64,000 nt of DNA from Eledone cirrhosa (GCA_964016885.1 OZ024740.1:52886001-52950000); one strand, 5' to 3'; shown: positions 1 to 13,445, counted from the first letter of the stretch. Notes: generated by a model not told the origin, from the letters alone. A program made the numbers and translations.

Positions 1-54
1 TCACTCTGGTGAACCCACAGTAGCTCATATATGAGAGTGAATATATATATATAT

Positions 55-160
55 GGAACCGACCTGTTGACGGACTCGAAAATGAGTACTCAATACCGAA
101 GTAAAGTTTAATAATAGTCTTTATTATAGCTAAGTGTTTCTAAGGATCATCAGACAAGAC
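55..160 (-). mobile_element. PLE pLTR remnant with degenerate HHR (stem II largely deleted)
   Basis: Minus strand reads CTGATGA-tcctta-GAAAcac...aataaa...cttcggtaTTGAGTACTC, ending at (TA)n; homologous to 23500-23610. Confidence 0.55.
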
Positions 161-744
161 AGACATCATCTTGACTGATGATCCTCCTTGATCACTTTCT
201 GGTAATGAGGATTAAGTGATTTCCTACAGCAATTCCGGAGGTTGTGGTGCTCTAAGAATAGCAGTATCTTCTGTGATTTGTTGTCAATGTCTCTTCTGCT
301 ATGTCTCCGCCTTTGCTGCTTCTCTAGGCAGAAAACCGTAACTGTCACAATTGTTTTCTGTTGACTCGCGCACTGTGGTGCAAGTTTGCAAGTTTATGAG
401 CGGGTTTTAATCTTATTCTTTTTATTTGTCACTTGACTTTGTCCCCAATCTCGAAAGACAGACATGACAATACATTTTACTTTGCCGAATTGACAAAACG
501 CATATCACGTACATTAGCACGTGTTTGCTTTAGTTCATTTTTAGAATGTATACTAAAGCACCCTACCAATCTTTGCAAGGGAAAAGTATGTAGTTTCTTA
601 TTTCCGCATTCTTTTTTTTTTTAAAAGGAAAGACTTGCGATAAGAAAAATGAGTTTTTGTGACAGAGTTGTTCCAATTTGTGTTTCTAACACAAACCCAA
701 CTATGTTTAAAATTTCTCTGATGCACGCAACATACATACATACT

Positions 745-791
745 TACAGTCATACATACATACATACATACATAAACACACACACCTATAG

Positions 792-883
<92 letters not shown>

Positions 884-890
884 ACATGCA
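745..890. repeat. (ATAC)n/(CA)n microsatellite
   Basis: Directly visible simple repeat; source of the spurious CVCV/THTH ORFs. Confidence 0.95.
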
Positions 891-1693
891 CCCCCCCCAC
901 ACACACATATATAATCTCTCTTTTGATATCTGATGGTATGTAAGCAAAATTGAGCTATAGATAACACATTTCCATTTTCATCTAGATCAAAGACTAGGCA
1001 AAAGATACGTAGTACTGATATAATTTCAGTGTGTATGTACATCACAGGAATAATTGCAGCTATATACCTCCAATGTTATTCATTTTGGTGACCTCAGGGC
1101 TCTTTTACCGGGCATCTAAGAGAAAATAATATAATTTCCTACATATTTCCTGCCAGTGATTATTAGTTAAAAAATATTAACTATATTTAATGATTTAAAA
1201 AAGGATATTACTTTAAAATTATTCAAATATTGCTTCCATTTTGGTAAAAATAAATGTTAATGATATTTTCATTTAAAAAATCAAACAAATTATTTGCGCT
1301 TTAATATTTACTTTTACAAGTTTACAGGTTTCAGTCGTACTGTGGCCATGCATCACGTTCTAGGGTAAAGGGTTGTTTATATTGACCCTAATATTTTAAC
1401 TGGTACTTAGGTTATCGACTGCGGAAGAACGTAAAGCAAGGTTCACCTGTTTTGAAAGAGAAGTAATCCATTAACACAAAATAATTTTGTTCGACGCTCC
1501 GGTCGTAATTCATCCATTTGCATATAGTGCAAACTTGAATGGCGAAAGGGAAGTAATTAAAAGTGACACTCACATAGGTGATGCTTAATACGTAAAATCC
1601 ATATAAGTATTAGTTTATTTTGTCTTAGTAGCGAAAAAGTAAATATGACTAATGGCGGATAAAAATCCAGAAATATCTATCTGGCATTATCAC

Positions 1694-1880
1694 TGGATTG
1701 TCAGTATCGATAGCGGGTCGGACGCCATGCTTTGCAACAAAAGAGTTACAGCCCCTTATGGTCTGAGTTCAAATCCCGCCAAGGTTAACTTTGCCTTTCA
1801 TCCTTACGGGGTCGATAAAATAAAGTACCAGTAATACACTGAGATAACTGCTGGCCTTGTGCCAAAAGTAGAAACAATTA
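1694..1880 (+). mobile_element. tRNA-derived SINE (major family of this window)
   Basis: Degenerate A-box, B-box GAGTTCAAATCC, central CTTTGCCTTTCATCCTTACGGGGTCGATAAAATAAAGTACCAG, tail GTGCCAAAAGTAGAAACAAT. Confidence 0.9.
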
Positions 1881-2039
1881 TCACTGCTATTGAGATACCT
1901 GTGATCATGATCACAGCCCCTAAAAAATTCAAAGCGAGAATCGAATCTCGTCTGTTTATTATACATAAATATATATCGTATTCGCTTTCATATACACCCT
2001 ATGATGAACCACGCTATGCTATTGCCACTTCTATGTATA

Positions 2040-2260
2040 TAACGTTTTTCGAAATATTTGCCTCTGCGTCCACTGATTGATTTTTTTAAATTTCAGAAGA
2101 TCCCGTTAAGGGTCGAAGCAGCGATTCTTTGCTTAAACTTTAATCTGTTCTTATAATAAATACTTGCTCTACGCGTTTATATATATTTTATATATATATA
2201 TATATAATCCTTATCGAGCCCTCTTCGGATTTTAGTCTTCACTTTTATTATTACTATATA
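2040..2260 (+). mobile_element. Solo pLTR/5'UTR fragment of the Nematis-type PLE family at 60121-63700, with CAGAAGA-core HHR-like motif (2089-2139)
   Basis: Reverse-complement match to about 63290-63500; GAAA mutated to CGAA in this copy. Confidence 0.8.
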
Positions 2261-2403
2261 TATATATAATAAATGTAATCTGAGTTTTTCGAATATTAAT
2301 AATAACATTCGATTCGTTTGCAATTATGCAAACAAGCCTCAATTTTATAGCCATGTCAGTAGAATGAACCCTTCATTCCTGTTCTTGTGTTGGCATGTGA
2401 ACA

Positions 2404-2453
2404 GAACTGCAGACACTAATGTTTCTGGGTATCACCCTTCATCAGTACTGCTC
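2404..2453 (-). ncRNA. Type I hammerhead ribozyme motif
   Basis: Minus strand: gagcagta CTGATGA agggt-gat-accca GAAA ca-ttag-tg TC tgcagttc; GUC cleavage triplet. Confidence 0.8.
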
Positions 2454-2724
2454 ACTGTTCACCTGCTAAACTGTCAGAGCTAGTGAAAATATATGCTATT
2501 TTCAAAAAAAGAATTTGGCAAAGCCGGCCATTTATCGCTCGCATACAGGAAACTGACTGGCCAGTCTGCTGATATGCAAATCTGGCTGATCAGTGGATCT
2601 ACTAATATGCAGATCTTACTGATCAGCCAGTCTGCTAATATGCAAATCAGGCCGATCAGTGACTGTGTATTTTTGAAAATAACATATATTTTCACTAGCT
2701 CTGACAGTTTGGCAGGTGAACAGT

Positions 2725-2774
2725 GAGCTGTACTGATGAAAGGTGATACCCAGAAACATTAGTGTCTGCAATTC
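2725..2774 (+). ncRNA. Type I hammerhead ribozyme motif
   Basis: gagctgta CTGATGA aaggt-gat-accca GAAA cattagtg TC tgcaattc. Confidence 0.8.
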
Positions 2775-3164
2775 TGTTAACATGCCAAAGCAAGAGCAAG
2801 AATGAAGGGTTCATTCTACTGACATGGCTATAAAATTGAGGCTTGTTTGCATAATTGCAAACGGATTCGAAAAACGCAGATTACATTTATTGTATTCAGC
2901 CATGTAGAGCAAAAATTTTCTTTTATATATATATATGTATATATATATATATAGAATGTTTAAGTATCGAGAGAGAGAAAAAAGGAAAGATAAGCGATAC
3001 ATATATTTAGTTGCCAATAGTTTGTGCAAATGTGCTCAATACTCGTGCCTACAGGGTTAAATATTAGAAGCGTTAATATTTAGGAGGCGAGGAAATAAGA
3101 AGAGGGGTTACAAAAGAAATGAATACAAAGGACTATATACCGTTAAAACATGTTTATATAACAA

Positions 3165-3207
3165 TGCACCTACGTACGTTTCACCCAGAAAGGGCTTCTC
3201 AAGGGCA
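3165..3207 (-). ncRNA. Hammerhead ribozyme motif, U3-A8 core variant
   Basis: Minus strand: tgccc TTGAGAA gccc-tttct-gggt GAAA CGTACG TA ggtgca; palindromic stem III ACGTACGT. Confidence 0.75.
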
Positions 3208-3467
3208 TAGAAAACAAAAAAAAATGATCAGTACGCGACCCAGGAGGGGTTTTAAGGTTAAATTCACATCAGAGTTCATTCTTCGCTTAAGTTCATGTGT
3301 TGTTATTGCCGCAGAGCAAGGGGAGCAACTTCGGCCGGTGCTTGAATAATCTTGTCCCACTGACTTTTTTACCCGTTCACATGATGATGTTTTGCGTTAT
3401 TATTTTGTGGGTGCTGCTTTACTAATGTCGTTTCGAGCCGGGTCTGGGATGCCTATTTAGTTCCAGA

Positions 3468-3860
3468 GGAAACTGTCTGACAGATAAGGTTATTTATAGG
3501 TGCACCATAACTAGCCATAATGGAGTTAAACACTATATAGGGGCCACCTCTGGCCAGTTCAAAACGAGATTTAGGACACATCTACACTCTTACAGGAACA
3601 AAAAACTAAGGCACTCCACGTCACTTGCTAATTACGTCAATACATTAAAAGACGACAACATCAGCTTCTCCACACACTGGGATATTGTCGGTAGGGCTGC
3701 ACCCTACAATTTCAAGAGTAAATGCGAGCTTTGCCTCATGGAGCTTTACTACATCACAAGAACACCACACGAGCTCATAAACAGCAGAGCCGAATCAGTC
3801 ATAAACTGTAAGCACCGAATGCAAGCGTCTTACTTCGGGTGGGAAGCGACTGTGGCATGA
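3468..3860 (+). pseudogene. PLE GIY-YIG endonuclease fragment (Nematis-type), not in the ORF track
   Basis: Manual translation GNCLTDKVIYRCTITSHNGVKHYIGATSGQFKTRFRTHLHSYR...WDIVGRAAPY..KCELCLME...CKHR...stop; colinear with the C-terminus of the 61120-62196 ORF. Confidence 0.9.
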
Positions 3861-4244
3861 TAACTATAAACTGGGTCCTCCTGCCCAAACCATAACACTC
3901 CGGTGGGCAGGCGGCGTAAACAAACATCTGTGAACTAAATATGCATCCCAGACCCGGCTCGAACCGGCATTAGTAAAGCAGCACCCACAAAATAATAAAT
4001 ATGCATCCCAGACTCGGCTCGAACCGACATTAGTAAAGCAGCACCCACAAAATAATAACGCAAAACATCATCATGTGAACGGGTAAAAAAGGTAGTGGGA
4101 CAAGATCATTCAAGCACCGGCCGGAGTTGCTCCCCTTGCTCTGCGGCAATAACAACACATGTACTTAAGCGAAGAATGAACTCTGATGTGAATTTAACCT
4201 TAAAACCCCTCCTGTGTCGCGTACTGATCGTTTTTTGTTTTCTA

Positions 4245-4287
4245 TGCCCTTGAGAAGCCCTTTCTGGATGAAACGTACGTAGGTGCA
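4245..4287 (+). ncRNA. Hammerhead ribozyme motif, U3-A8 core variant
   Basis: tgccc TTGAGAA gccc-tttct-ggat GAAA CGTACG TA ggtgca (one stem II mismatch). Confidence 0.7.
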
Positions 4288-4328
4288 TTGTTATATAAAG
4301 ATGTTTTAACGGTATACTCTCCTTTGTA

Positions 4329-4447
<119 letters not shown>

Positions 4448-4645
4448 GTTAAGGGTGAAAGCAGCGATTCTTTGCTTAAACTTTAATCTGTTATATATAT
4501 ATATATATAAGTAGAAGGGATATTTGATTTGTTGGAAATTCAACAAATATAAATGTTAATAACTGATTCAGAGCACTCGACAGTTTTCTGGAGTAAATAT
4601 TCAATGATATTAAATAAATGGAAAATATATTTATAAAACCATATT

Positions 4646-4707
4646 TATTCTATTATATATATTTCAAGAGTACCAAAAACTTTGGTACGCTTTCATCAGA
4701 TAAAATA
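4646..4707 (-). ncRNA. Type I hammerhead ribozyme motif
   Basis: Reverse complement of the 5514-5577 motif. Confidence 0.8.
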
Positions 4708-5513
4708 CAAATTTTGACATACCCAAGGAAACATGCCTTATCAGTTGAATTTTCCTTGGGTAGTGAGATTAAAGAACGGATTTTTCAAACTTTTAGGATG
4801 AGTATGCAAATGAATATGTAAATAAGTTTGAGTTATATGATAGAAAAACCGTTATTTTAAACGCTATGGAAAGTTTAGATATATTAGTAGGAGAGAAAGA
4901 AAAAGGAAAAGGAAAAGAAAGAAGAAGAAGGAAAAGGAAAAAGAAGAAGACCACTTATATACATTAATTTTGGGGAAATAATTTTGAATATTTACCTATA
5001 TTATGTATATATTTATATGGAGAATTATGTTTGCAAGTATTTATCTTATTATAATATTGTAGTGGGTTAAATATATAAGTATCTATATATATTTTAATAA
5101 TAGCATATGTATTATTATTAACGAGATAATTGCAATTATTAGTTGTTTATAATGAGTTACGAGGCATGTTGATTTTGTGTTTTATGTAGATAAATAAATA
5201 AATAAATAAATAAATAAATAGAGATAATTTGCAATTATTAGTTGTTTATAATATGAGTTACGAGGGAATTGATTTTGTGTTTTATGTAGATAAATAAATA
5301 AATAAATAGGTAGTTCAAGTTTTAGGTGGTTGTTTATAATATGATTTATGAGGGGGTGGTAATTTTTTATTTTATGTAATTAAATAGGTAGTTAAAATTA
5401 TGAATTTATATGTTTGGCTTTGAAAAATCCGTTCTTTAATCTCACTACCCAAGGAAAATTCAACTGATAAGGTATGTTTCCTTGGCTATGTCAGAATTTA
5501 TAAAACAGATTTT

Positions 5514-5577
5514 GTATTTTATCTGATGAAAGCGTACCAAAGTTTTTGGTACCCTTGAAATATATATAATAGAATAA
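5514..5577 (+). ncRNA. Type I hammerhead ribozyme motif
   Basis: gtattttat CTGATGA aag-c-gtacca...tggtac-c-ctt GAAA TATATA TA atagaata; palindromic stem III; AUA triplet. Confidence 0.8.
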
Positions 5578-5616
5578 ATATGGTTTTATAAATATAGTTT
5601 CCATTTATTTAATATC

Positions 5617-5715
<99 letters not shown>

Positions 5716-5861
5716 ACATTCATACATACATATATACATACATATAAACATACACATATATATATATACATACATACATAGATGCATACATAAATACATA
5801 CACACACACACACAGACACACAAACACACACACAAACAAACATATATATATATATATATAG

Positions 5862-6050
5862 AACACAAAGGGTGTGGTAAGATACCAGGTGGACCATAAC
5901 GCACCAGAGTACTCGATACTTGGGGTAGTAGAGTGGGTAATATGAAAAGACTCAGGATGGCTGAACTCCGGCCTTTTTGACAGCTAGATACGAACAGTTC
6001 GGATCTAGCTGTCTAAATGGCCGGAGCTCAGCCATCGGGGTCCTGAATAT
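5862..6050 (-). mobile_element. PLE-like terminal remnant with ~80-bp fold-back (5956-6036)
   Basis: Minus-strand TCGAGTACTC motif at 5907-5916; hairpin gatggctgaactccggcc...ggccggagctcagccatc; lies between (TA)n tracts. Confidence 0.5.
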
Positions 6051-6056
6051 ATATAT

Positions 6057-6905
6057 ATATCAACTAGAAATTGATTGACATACATATAATTAAAATAAAC
6101 ACATGAAACAATCACAGGGGATAATTTGTAAAGTGTGTAATCACACATAGTTATGTAGGTACCTAATTAAAATTTAACTAGAGCTTCAAATATTACCTTT
6201 TTAAAAAAATGATTAATCCTCCTTGTATATATTTCATTAAAGAAATATATTTCACCGTTAATCCGTAAAGTCACAGTAGTCAAATCATGGATCTTCAGCA
6301 AGGGAAAAGATTTAACGATTTATGCTTACACATCTAATGCAAATCTGCGAGTGAGCCATCGCACGTGTTGCATTTCTAAAGCTACTAACAATATGCTAGC
6401 CTCACCACATTGGCGTGAATAGGGTGATCGACAGCTATAAATAGCAGCCGGGTCCTTTCAACTGAATAAGCTCTACAATTAAGGAGCCGTTTATATATCT
6501 AAAATTAATTAAATTAAATTAAATTAAGGGAGTCATGTCCAAGACATGCGCCATATTCACCGTAGAATAAGCTCAAAGATTCCAATGAATAGATCCGAGA
6601 TTTGACTACTGTGACTTTACGGATTAACGGTGAAATATATTTCTTTAATGAAATATATACAAGGAGGATTAATCATTTTTTAAAAAGGTAATATTTAAAC
6701 CTCGAGTTAAACTTTAATTAATTACTTACATAACTATGTGTGATTACACACTTTACAAATTATACCCTATGATTGTTTCACGTGTTTATTTTAAATATAT
6801 GTATGTCAACCAATTTCTAGTTGATATAAAATGCTCGGATCTATTCATTGGAATCTTTGAGCTTATTCTACAGTGGATATGACTCCCTTAACTTAATTTA
6901 TTTAA

Positions 6906-6915
<10 letters not shown>
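6057..6915. mobile_element. Inverted-repeat remnant (arms about 6057-6296 and 6592-6826) with minus-strand HHR-like motif at 6221-6303
   Basis: Long inverted arms; 6835-6915 is an inverted copy of part of 6500-6600; (TA)n flanks. Confidence 0.75.
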
Positions 6916-6983
<68 letters not shown>

Positions 6984-7205
6984 TATACACACACTTATAT
7001 ATGTATATATATATGCACTTCATATGCATATAGTGTAGAATCTGCTTATTGTAATCGCGGATAATGTTATCATTTAATTATTGGTATCAAAATTACTGGG
7101 TTCTAAATTCTTTATTTGCTTAAGAATATCAGCCTGTTATGGTTGCCAGCTAGATATTGCTATCGAAATATTTCGTTCCAAACTGATCACAATAACCGAC
7201 TTCAA

Positions 7206-7257
<52 letters not shown>

Positions 7258-7279
7258 TAGACACTTCCGTCTTTCCAAA

Positions 7280-7456
7280 TATTTGTTTCTACTTTTGGCA
7301 CACGGCCAGTAATTATTCCAGTGTATTACTGGTACTTTATTTTATCGACCTCGTAAGGATGAAAGGCGGGATTTGAACTTAGATCATAAAGGGCCGCAAC
7401 TCTTTGCTGCAAAGCATGACGTCCGACCCTCTACCCATACTGCCAATCCACCGCCC
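7280..7456 (-). mobile_element. tRNA-derived SINE
   Basis: Reverse complement of the major SINE with a small internal deletion. Confidence 0.9.
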
Positions 7457-9782
7457 AAATATTACTCACGAACTATGATAGACTTGCCAAAAATGGGGAA
7501 TATTCGAATCAAATCGAGAACCACGTATTTATATGTTAAGATACATACATCAAATGCTCACATTAGAACATATGTTTTATGGATTGCATAGTATCTGGCA
7601 GATACTATCTGACTGATAACATACACATTTCTAAGATTGTCTGGACAGACTTTTTCCCATCATTTCCTCTGTGAAATAATTTCCTTTGATGTGAATTTTG
7701 ACATCAATTGAACAAGCGGATTTCTTTTATAGTTTATTGAAGTACCCCTAATATTAGTATCATTGCTCATAATGCCAATTTATTACGAGATATTAACTTC
7801 TAAGAGAAAATGTGCAGGCAAAGATAATTTTTAAAAGACTGATTATTACAGAAATCGATTGGACAGTGTACAGAGTTATACGTGTGATGAGGGATAGTGA
7901 TGATGATGATAGTGAAGTCGGCGACTTGTTTACATTATAATCATTTTAATATACGGCAGATTTGGACTGGGTTTAGGAGTTTTTAGAAAACCAACTGACA
8001 GAATACGGGTTGGAATAACAATTGCTATGTGTGATAGCCATTTTCGTCAAACCCTGGTTGACGGACGTACTTTTGCCCTAGTTTGTCAATTCTCGGAGGC
8101 GGCTCGAATCGCGCAACCCCCACTCAGGTACTACCAACTCGTGTTTTCTCTTTTCATCACCCATGTTGATTGGGTCCACCTCTCTGGCCTCATACTATCC
8201 ACAACATGCAGCTTTCCTGGATTATTTTCCTATTCATATTTTCTATAGCTGAAGTGGAACGATAACGGCACCTATCTCTCCGGTTTCAGAGGATGTGTGA
8301 AGACAATGGGTACTCCCCCTTTCCACCAGACCCAGCACATATATAAAGCAACATGTACGTACAGTTTATTTTGAATTGCAAGTGATCTATGAATTGAGAA
8401 AAACTTTGAATGAGAGTTCGGTGAACGTTATCGTTCAAGGGATGAAGAATTTGAAGGAGTATTTAGTAAGAGCAGTTTAAATTGTTTAGTAAAAACATGT
8501 ATGATTTACAGAGGAGTACAGGCAAACGCTTCGAATGAGACTAGAAATGATGTACATGATAGTAAACACTTGTAATAATGATAGAAGAAAGCTAGAACTC
8601 GGTGTGGAGGTATCTGATATCTTAAATAGTTTCCCCAGAATTATTATTATGACAAACTAGTGGGAATGCTGTTGTCTCCAGCAAGTTAGTAATAGAATTT
8701 TTATAATCATATTCTTCTCCTCTCTATCTTTTATTTTCTACTCTCTTTCTCTGTCTCATTCTTTCACTCTCTCTCTGTTACATACACATACATACTCTAA
8801 ACATCATTCACATTTCTTCAACAAGTTGTTATAGAACAAACTAATGATATAATTCATTCAGTGCCCAGAGAAATGACCAATAGCAAAAATGTGTACAAAT
8901 GCAAATTTGATTCGGATTCAACTCATGAGATTCTGATTAATTTCATTGTTACTATGCTTGGAATTCATTTCTTGCTGTAAGAGAGCTGGAAGGCTGTAAA
9001 ACCGCTTTAGCATTTGAATTAAGGATTCTGTGCCATGAATATACTTCTAGAATCTTTTGTCAAAACAACACAACTTGCAATAAATCTTTACAATTATTGT
9101 ACAATTTACACAATGCGTGTACTCAAACGCACACCTACACACATATATATATATGCAAACGCAAAAACACACTTGCACACATACAATGGACACAGACATA
9201 CACATACACAGAAACATACACATACACATATAGATATATTCATTCACTTACAAACACGCTAAAACATCCACTTCATCACACAAACACATAGACACATATA
9301 ATTACACTCACCTTAAAACATACATATACACACACTAACATACGTACACAGACACATGTACACATATACATTCATGCAGATACAGAAACAGATACACTTA
9401 CATGTATGTATATGTATGTGAACACACCATTTCCCACACATTCTTACCTATATAGTATATATTTAAAATACAAGTGTTGAATATACGTATGTGATAACTA
9501 TACACAAATATAGGAATCTATCAATCAGCCAATCTGTCAGTCAGTCTGTCTGTGTGTCTGTCTCAATGCAATTTTACTTGTAAATTTGTAAACTCAAGCA
9601 TATCTATATGAAAGTGATATGTGGAGGAGGTGAAGTCAGAACTTTTTTGTACCTGTATCGAGCCATGTTAGAGTTCTTAATGGCGTCACTGACAGAATGG
9701 CACAAACTACATCATTTATGTTATAATACAATATAATATAATAAAGACGTTATATAGTATTTATATAAAAAAGTCTCTCTCT

Positions 9783-9876
<94 letters not shown>

Positions 9877-9878
9877 TA

Positions 9879-11967
9879 GAAAGTGAGTTTTTTTTTACAA
9901 AACGAAAAATAACCGAGGTGTCCTACACGAGTGAAAGTATAAAGAAAAAAAGATGAAATCGAAAATGCAACTGGAGTCTTATTTAAAAAAAATATATATA
10001 TATTTATTTGGTTCCTTTACAGGTTTCGCAGTTCTTCTGCTTTTCAAAAGTAGAGTTGAGATGGAGAGTCTGTGGTTTTTCTCACATCTGGTTGGTCTTT
10101 GAATGTTACTTGTTTTATATGGAAAAAAGTGGCTCGAAACGCCAGGTTTTTCGAGAAGTAATTTGATTGGTTGGTCAACAAGTATAATAAATTTCGCGCC
10201 AGTTCGCGTTACAAAGTTCTTCAAACAAGGGTTGTATTTTCATATATGAGTGTTTGAATTTCTTTTTACTTAAAAAAGGGGCTTTTTTTTATAAATGTAA
10301 TTTGATTGGTTATAAATGAAATTATGGTTGTCACGTGAACAAGTTCATTAAATTTCGCGCCCGTATCTGGGAATTTATTTTGTAGCCTTTTAGAGAATTT
10401 TATGACAAACAAAAGATAATGGTCAAGAGAAATGGGATGGGAGAATTGTTCTGGTTCAGTGAATATAGCAGGTTGCTTTTTCATATATGAGTGAAGTTTG
10501 GTTGGTTGATGTAGTCACGTGAATAAGTATATCAGCTTTCGCGTAAGTTTGTTTGAATTTCTTTTTACTTTAAAAAAAGTGGCTCACGAAGGCTTTTTTT
10601 AAAATAAATATAATTTGATTGGTTATAAATGAAATTATGACTGTCACGTGAACAAGTTCATTAAATTTCGCGCCCGTATTTGGGAATTTATTTTGTAGCC
10701 TTTTAGAGAATTTTATGACAAGCAAAAGGTAATGGTCAAGAGATTAAGATGTCCAGAAATGTCAAAAACTTAATAAACGGCATCAATAACCACATCCAAT
10801 TCACAATGGAATACAGCCAAGATCAACTCCCATTTCTGGACATCTTAATCTTTAAAAAAGACACAAATATTGAAACTGACATAAACTGCAAACCAACAGA
10901 TTCCAAACAATATCTGCTATTCACCTCCAACCACCCAAAGCACATGAAGACGAACATTCCTTTTAACCTAGCAAGAAGAATTTGCACAATTGTCTCCAAT
11001 TATGAAACGCGAAATAAAAGACTTCAAGAATTAAAGGAAATTCAACTCGAAAGACAGTACCCACCATTACTAATAAATAATGGAATAGAAAGGGCTAAAG
11101 CAATAGGCATTGATGAATTACGAAAACAGAAACAAATTCAAGGTACGTCTAATATTCTATCATATATCTCAACACACAACCCAAGAAATGCGGAAGCTTG
11201 CAACACTATTCACAAGAACATCCCACTACTGAAACAAGAATGAAAAAAGCCCTTGAAACACACAAAATAATCAAAAGCAAAAGACAACCGAAATCACTGA
11301 AAACATTACTCACCAATGCCAAATTACCTACCACAAACCCACAACCAACTGTCAAAAAATGTGGTCGCTCTAATTGCGGAACCTGCACTCACCTCATTGA
11401 AGGCAATACGTATACATTTAAATCAGGACAAAATTTTGCTGTAAAAAATCACTTCACTTGCTCATCAAAAAATCTAATTTATGCCATTAAATGTAAAGGA
11501 TGCAATGAAGATTATATAGGACAAACTAAACTCACACTCAGAAACAGAATGACAGTTCATCGCCAACAATTACGAGATCCAACCACGAGACAGATACCAC
11601 TAAGCGCACATCTAGACATATGCGCAAGTAATAAGACACCCAAATTCCAAGTCTTCCCATTTTACCTTTGCGCTGACAATACAACAGAACAAATAGGAAT
11701 AAATAAGGAAAATATGTTTATTCAAAAATATAGACCAGCATTAAATATGGTTTAATATACATTATGTCAACACCATAACATGCTAACCATCCAAACAGAC
11801 ACATACACACACACATAACACCTTCTACTTTAGAAAATAAAAACCCGAACTGAATAAACCTTAACATACGTTTGCGCTGACAATACAACAGAACAAATAC
11901 GAATATGTAAGGAAAATATGTTCATTCAAAAATATTCCTACTAACGGAATCATTCCCCCCCCCCCAC

Positions 11968-11998
<31 letters not shown>

Positions 11999-13206
11999 CA
12001 CACACACACACAATATATATATATATATTCTCTTCATCTTAACATGCTAACCATACTCCCACACACACATAACACCCATACACACACACAGAACACCCCC
12101 CACACACAACTCCCTCTCCCATTTCTACTAATAGAATCACTTTCCTACACACATATACACACACACAAAATATATATATTCTCTCCATCTTAACATACTC
12201 CCCCCCACACACACAACTCCCTCCCCCATTTCTACTAATAGAATCATCTTCCTATACACACACACACACAAGCACACAAATAAACATACATATCTTTACT
12301 TTCTTTATTTCAATAGAAAATCTAAATTCTGACACCCCAGTGAACTAACCATGTTCACTGAACCAGAACAATTCTCCCATCCCATTTCTTTTGCTTGTCA
12401 TAAAATTCTCTAAAAGGCTACAAAATAAATTCCCAAATACGGGCGCGAAATTTAATGAACATGTTCACGTGACAGTCATAATTTCATTTATAACCAATCA
12501 AATTATATTTATTAAAAAAAAAAGGCTTCGTAAGCCACTTTTTTTTAAAGTAAAAAGAAATTCAAACAAACTTACGCGAAAGCTGATATACTTTTTCACG
12601 TGACTACATCAACCAACCAAACTTCACTCATATATGAAAAAACACCCTGCTATATTCACTGAACCAGAACAATTCTCCCATACCATTTCTCTTAACCATT
12701 ATCTTTTGTTTGTCATAAAATTCTCTAAAAGGCTACAAAATAAATTCCCAAATACGGGCGCTAAATTTAATGGACTTGTTCACGTGACAGCCATAGTTTC
12801 ATTTATAACCAATCAAATTACATTTATAAAAAAAAGCCTTCGTGAGCCCCCCCCCCCTTTTTTTAAGTAAAAAGAAATTCAAACACTCATATATGAAAAA
12901 AACAACCTGACCCCCCCCCCCCCTTGTTTGAAGAACTTTGTAACGCGAACTGGCGCGAAATTTATTATACTTATTGACCAACCAATCAAATTACTTCTCG
13001 AAAAACCTGGCGTTTCGAGCCACTTTTTTCCATACAAAACAAGTAACATTCAAAGACCAACCAGATGTGAGAAAAACCACAGACTCTCCATCTCAATTCT
13101 ACTTTTGAAAAGCAGAAGAACTGCGAAACCGGTAAAGGAACCAAATAAATATATATATATTTTTTTAAATAAGACTCCAGTTGCATTTTCGATTTCATCT
13201 TTTTTT

Positions 13207-13213
<7 letters not shown>
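9879..13213 (+). mobile_element. 5'-truncated Neptune-type PLE with ~0.8-kb inverted pLTR arm
   Basis: Arm about 9940-10743 is inverted relative to about 12390-13213; encloses RT-thumb and GIY-YIG ORFs; both ends abut (TA)n. Confidence 0.9.
10749..11755 (+). pseudogene. Neptune-type PLE RT C-terminus/thumb + Cys-rich linker + GIY-YIG endonuclease, one frameshift near 11240
   Basis: QFTME..LPFLDI, KPTDSKQYL...SNHP, CGRSNCGTC, NLIYAIKCKGCNEDYIGQT...LRNRMTVHR motifs. Confidence 0.92.
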
Positions 13214-13263
<50 letters not shown>

Positions 13264-13445
13264 AATGATGAAGTTGGAAATAGCACGGAAAATATATTTG
13301 AGGGTCTGTTTTTTTTTTTTTTTTTATCCTTTCTTTGATTCGTCAAAGTGACATTATTGAAAAGATGACATTATTGAAAAAATGAGAGGGACAATTCTTT
13401 TTAAAAAAAGTTTTATAATGTATATAAAGTATATAAAATATATAA

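Larger units (their letters stand above)
2308..2872. mobile_element. PLE inverted-pLTR remnant (arms about 2308-2508 and 2670-2872; spacer of ~30-bp tandem units)
   Basis: Near-perfect inverted arms, each with an HHR; (TA)n close by on both sides. Confidence 0.85.
4510..5620. mobile_element. PLE inverted-pLTR remnant (arms about 4603-4790 and 5419-5620)
   Basis: Inverted arms with HHRs; (TA)n flanks; internal ~95-bp tandem duplication at about 5122-5310; sister subfamily at 56983-58660. Confidence 0.85.

Noticed and set aside
598-1045. ORFs rich in CV/TH/YI/LS dipeptides here and throughout the window
   Set aside because: Translations of (CA)n, (TA)n and (GA)n microsatellites; no coding evidence.
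2520-2665. ~30-bp tandem units resembling a CRISPR array
   Set aside because: Degenerate direct repeats without unique spacers, in eukaryotic context with no cas genes.
8380-8640. Possible decayed coding remnants here and at about 15120-15500 and 56100-56420
   Set aside because: Only faint similarity to PLE/LINE proteins, with multiple stops; cannot be assigned by eye.
12920-12975. TTGAAGA...gcGAAAttt in the Neptune-type pLTR as an HHR
   Set aside because: U3-G8 core with no convincing stems I and II.
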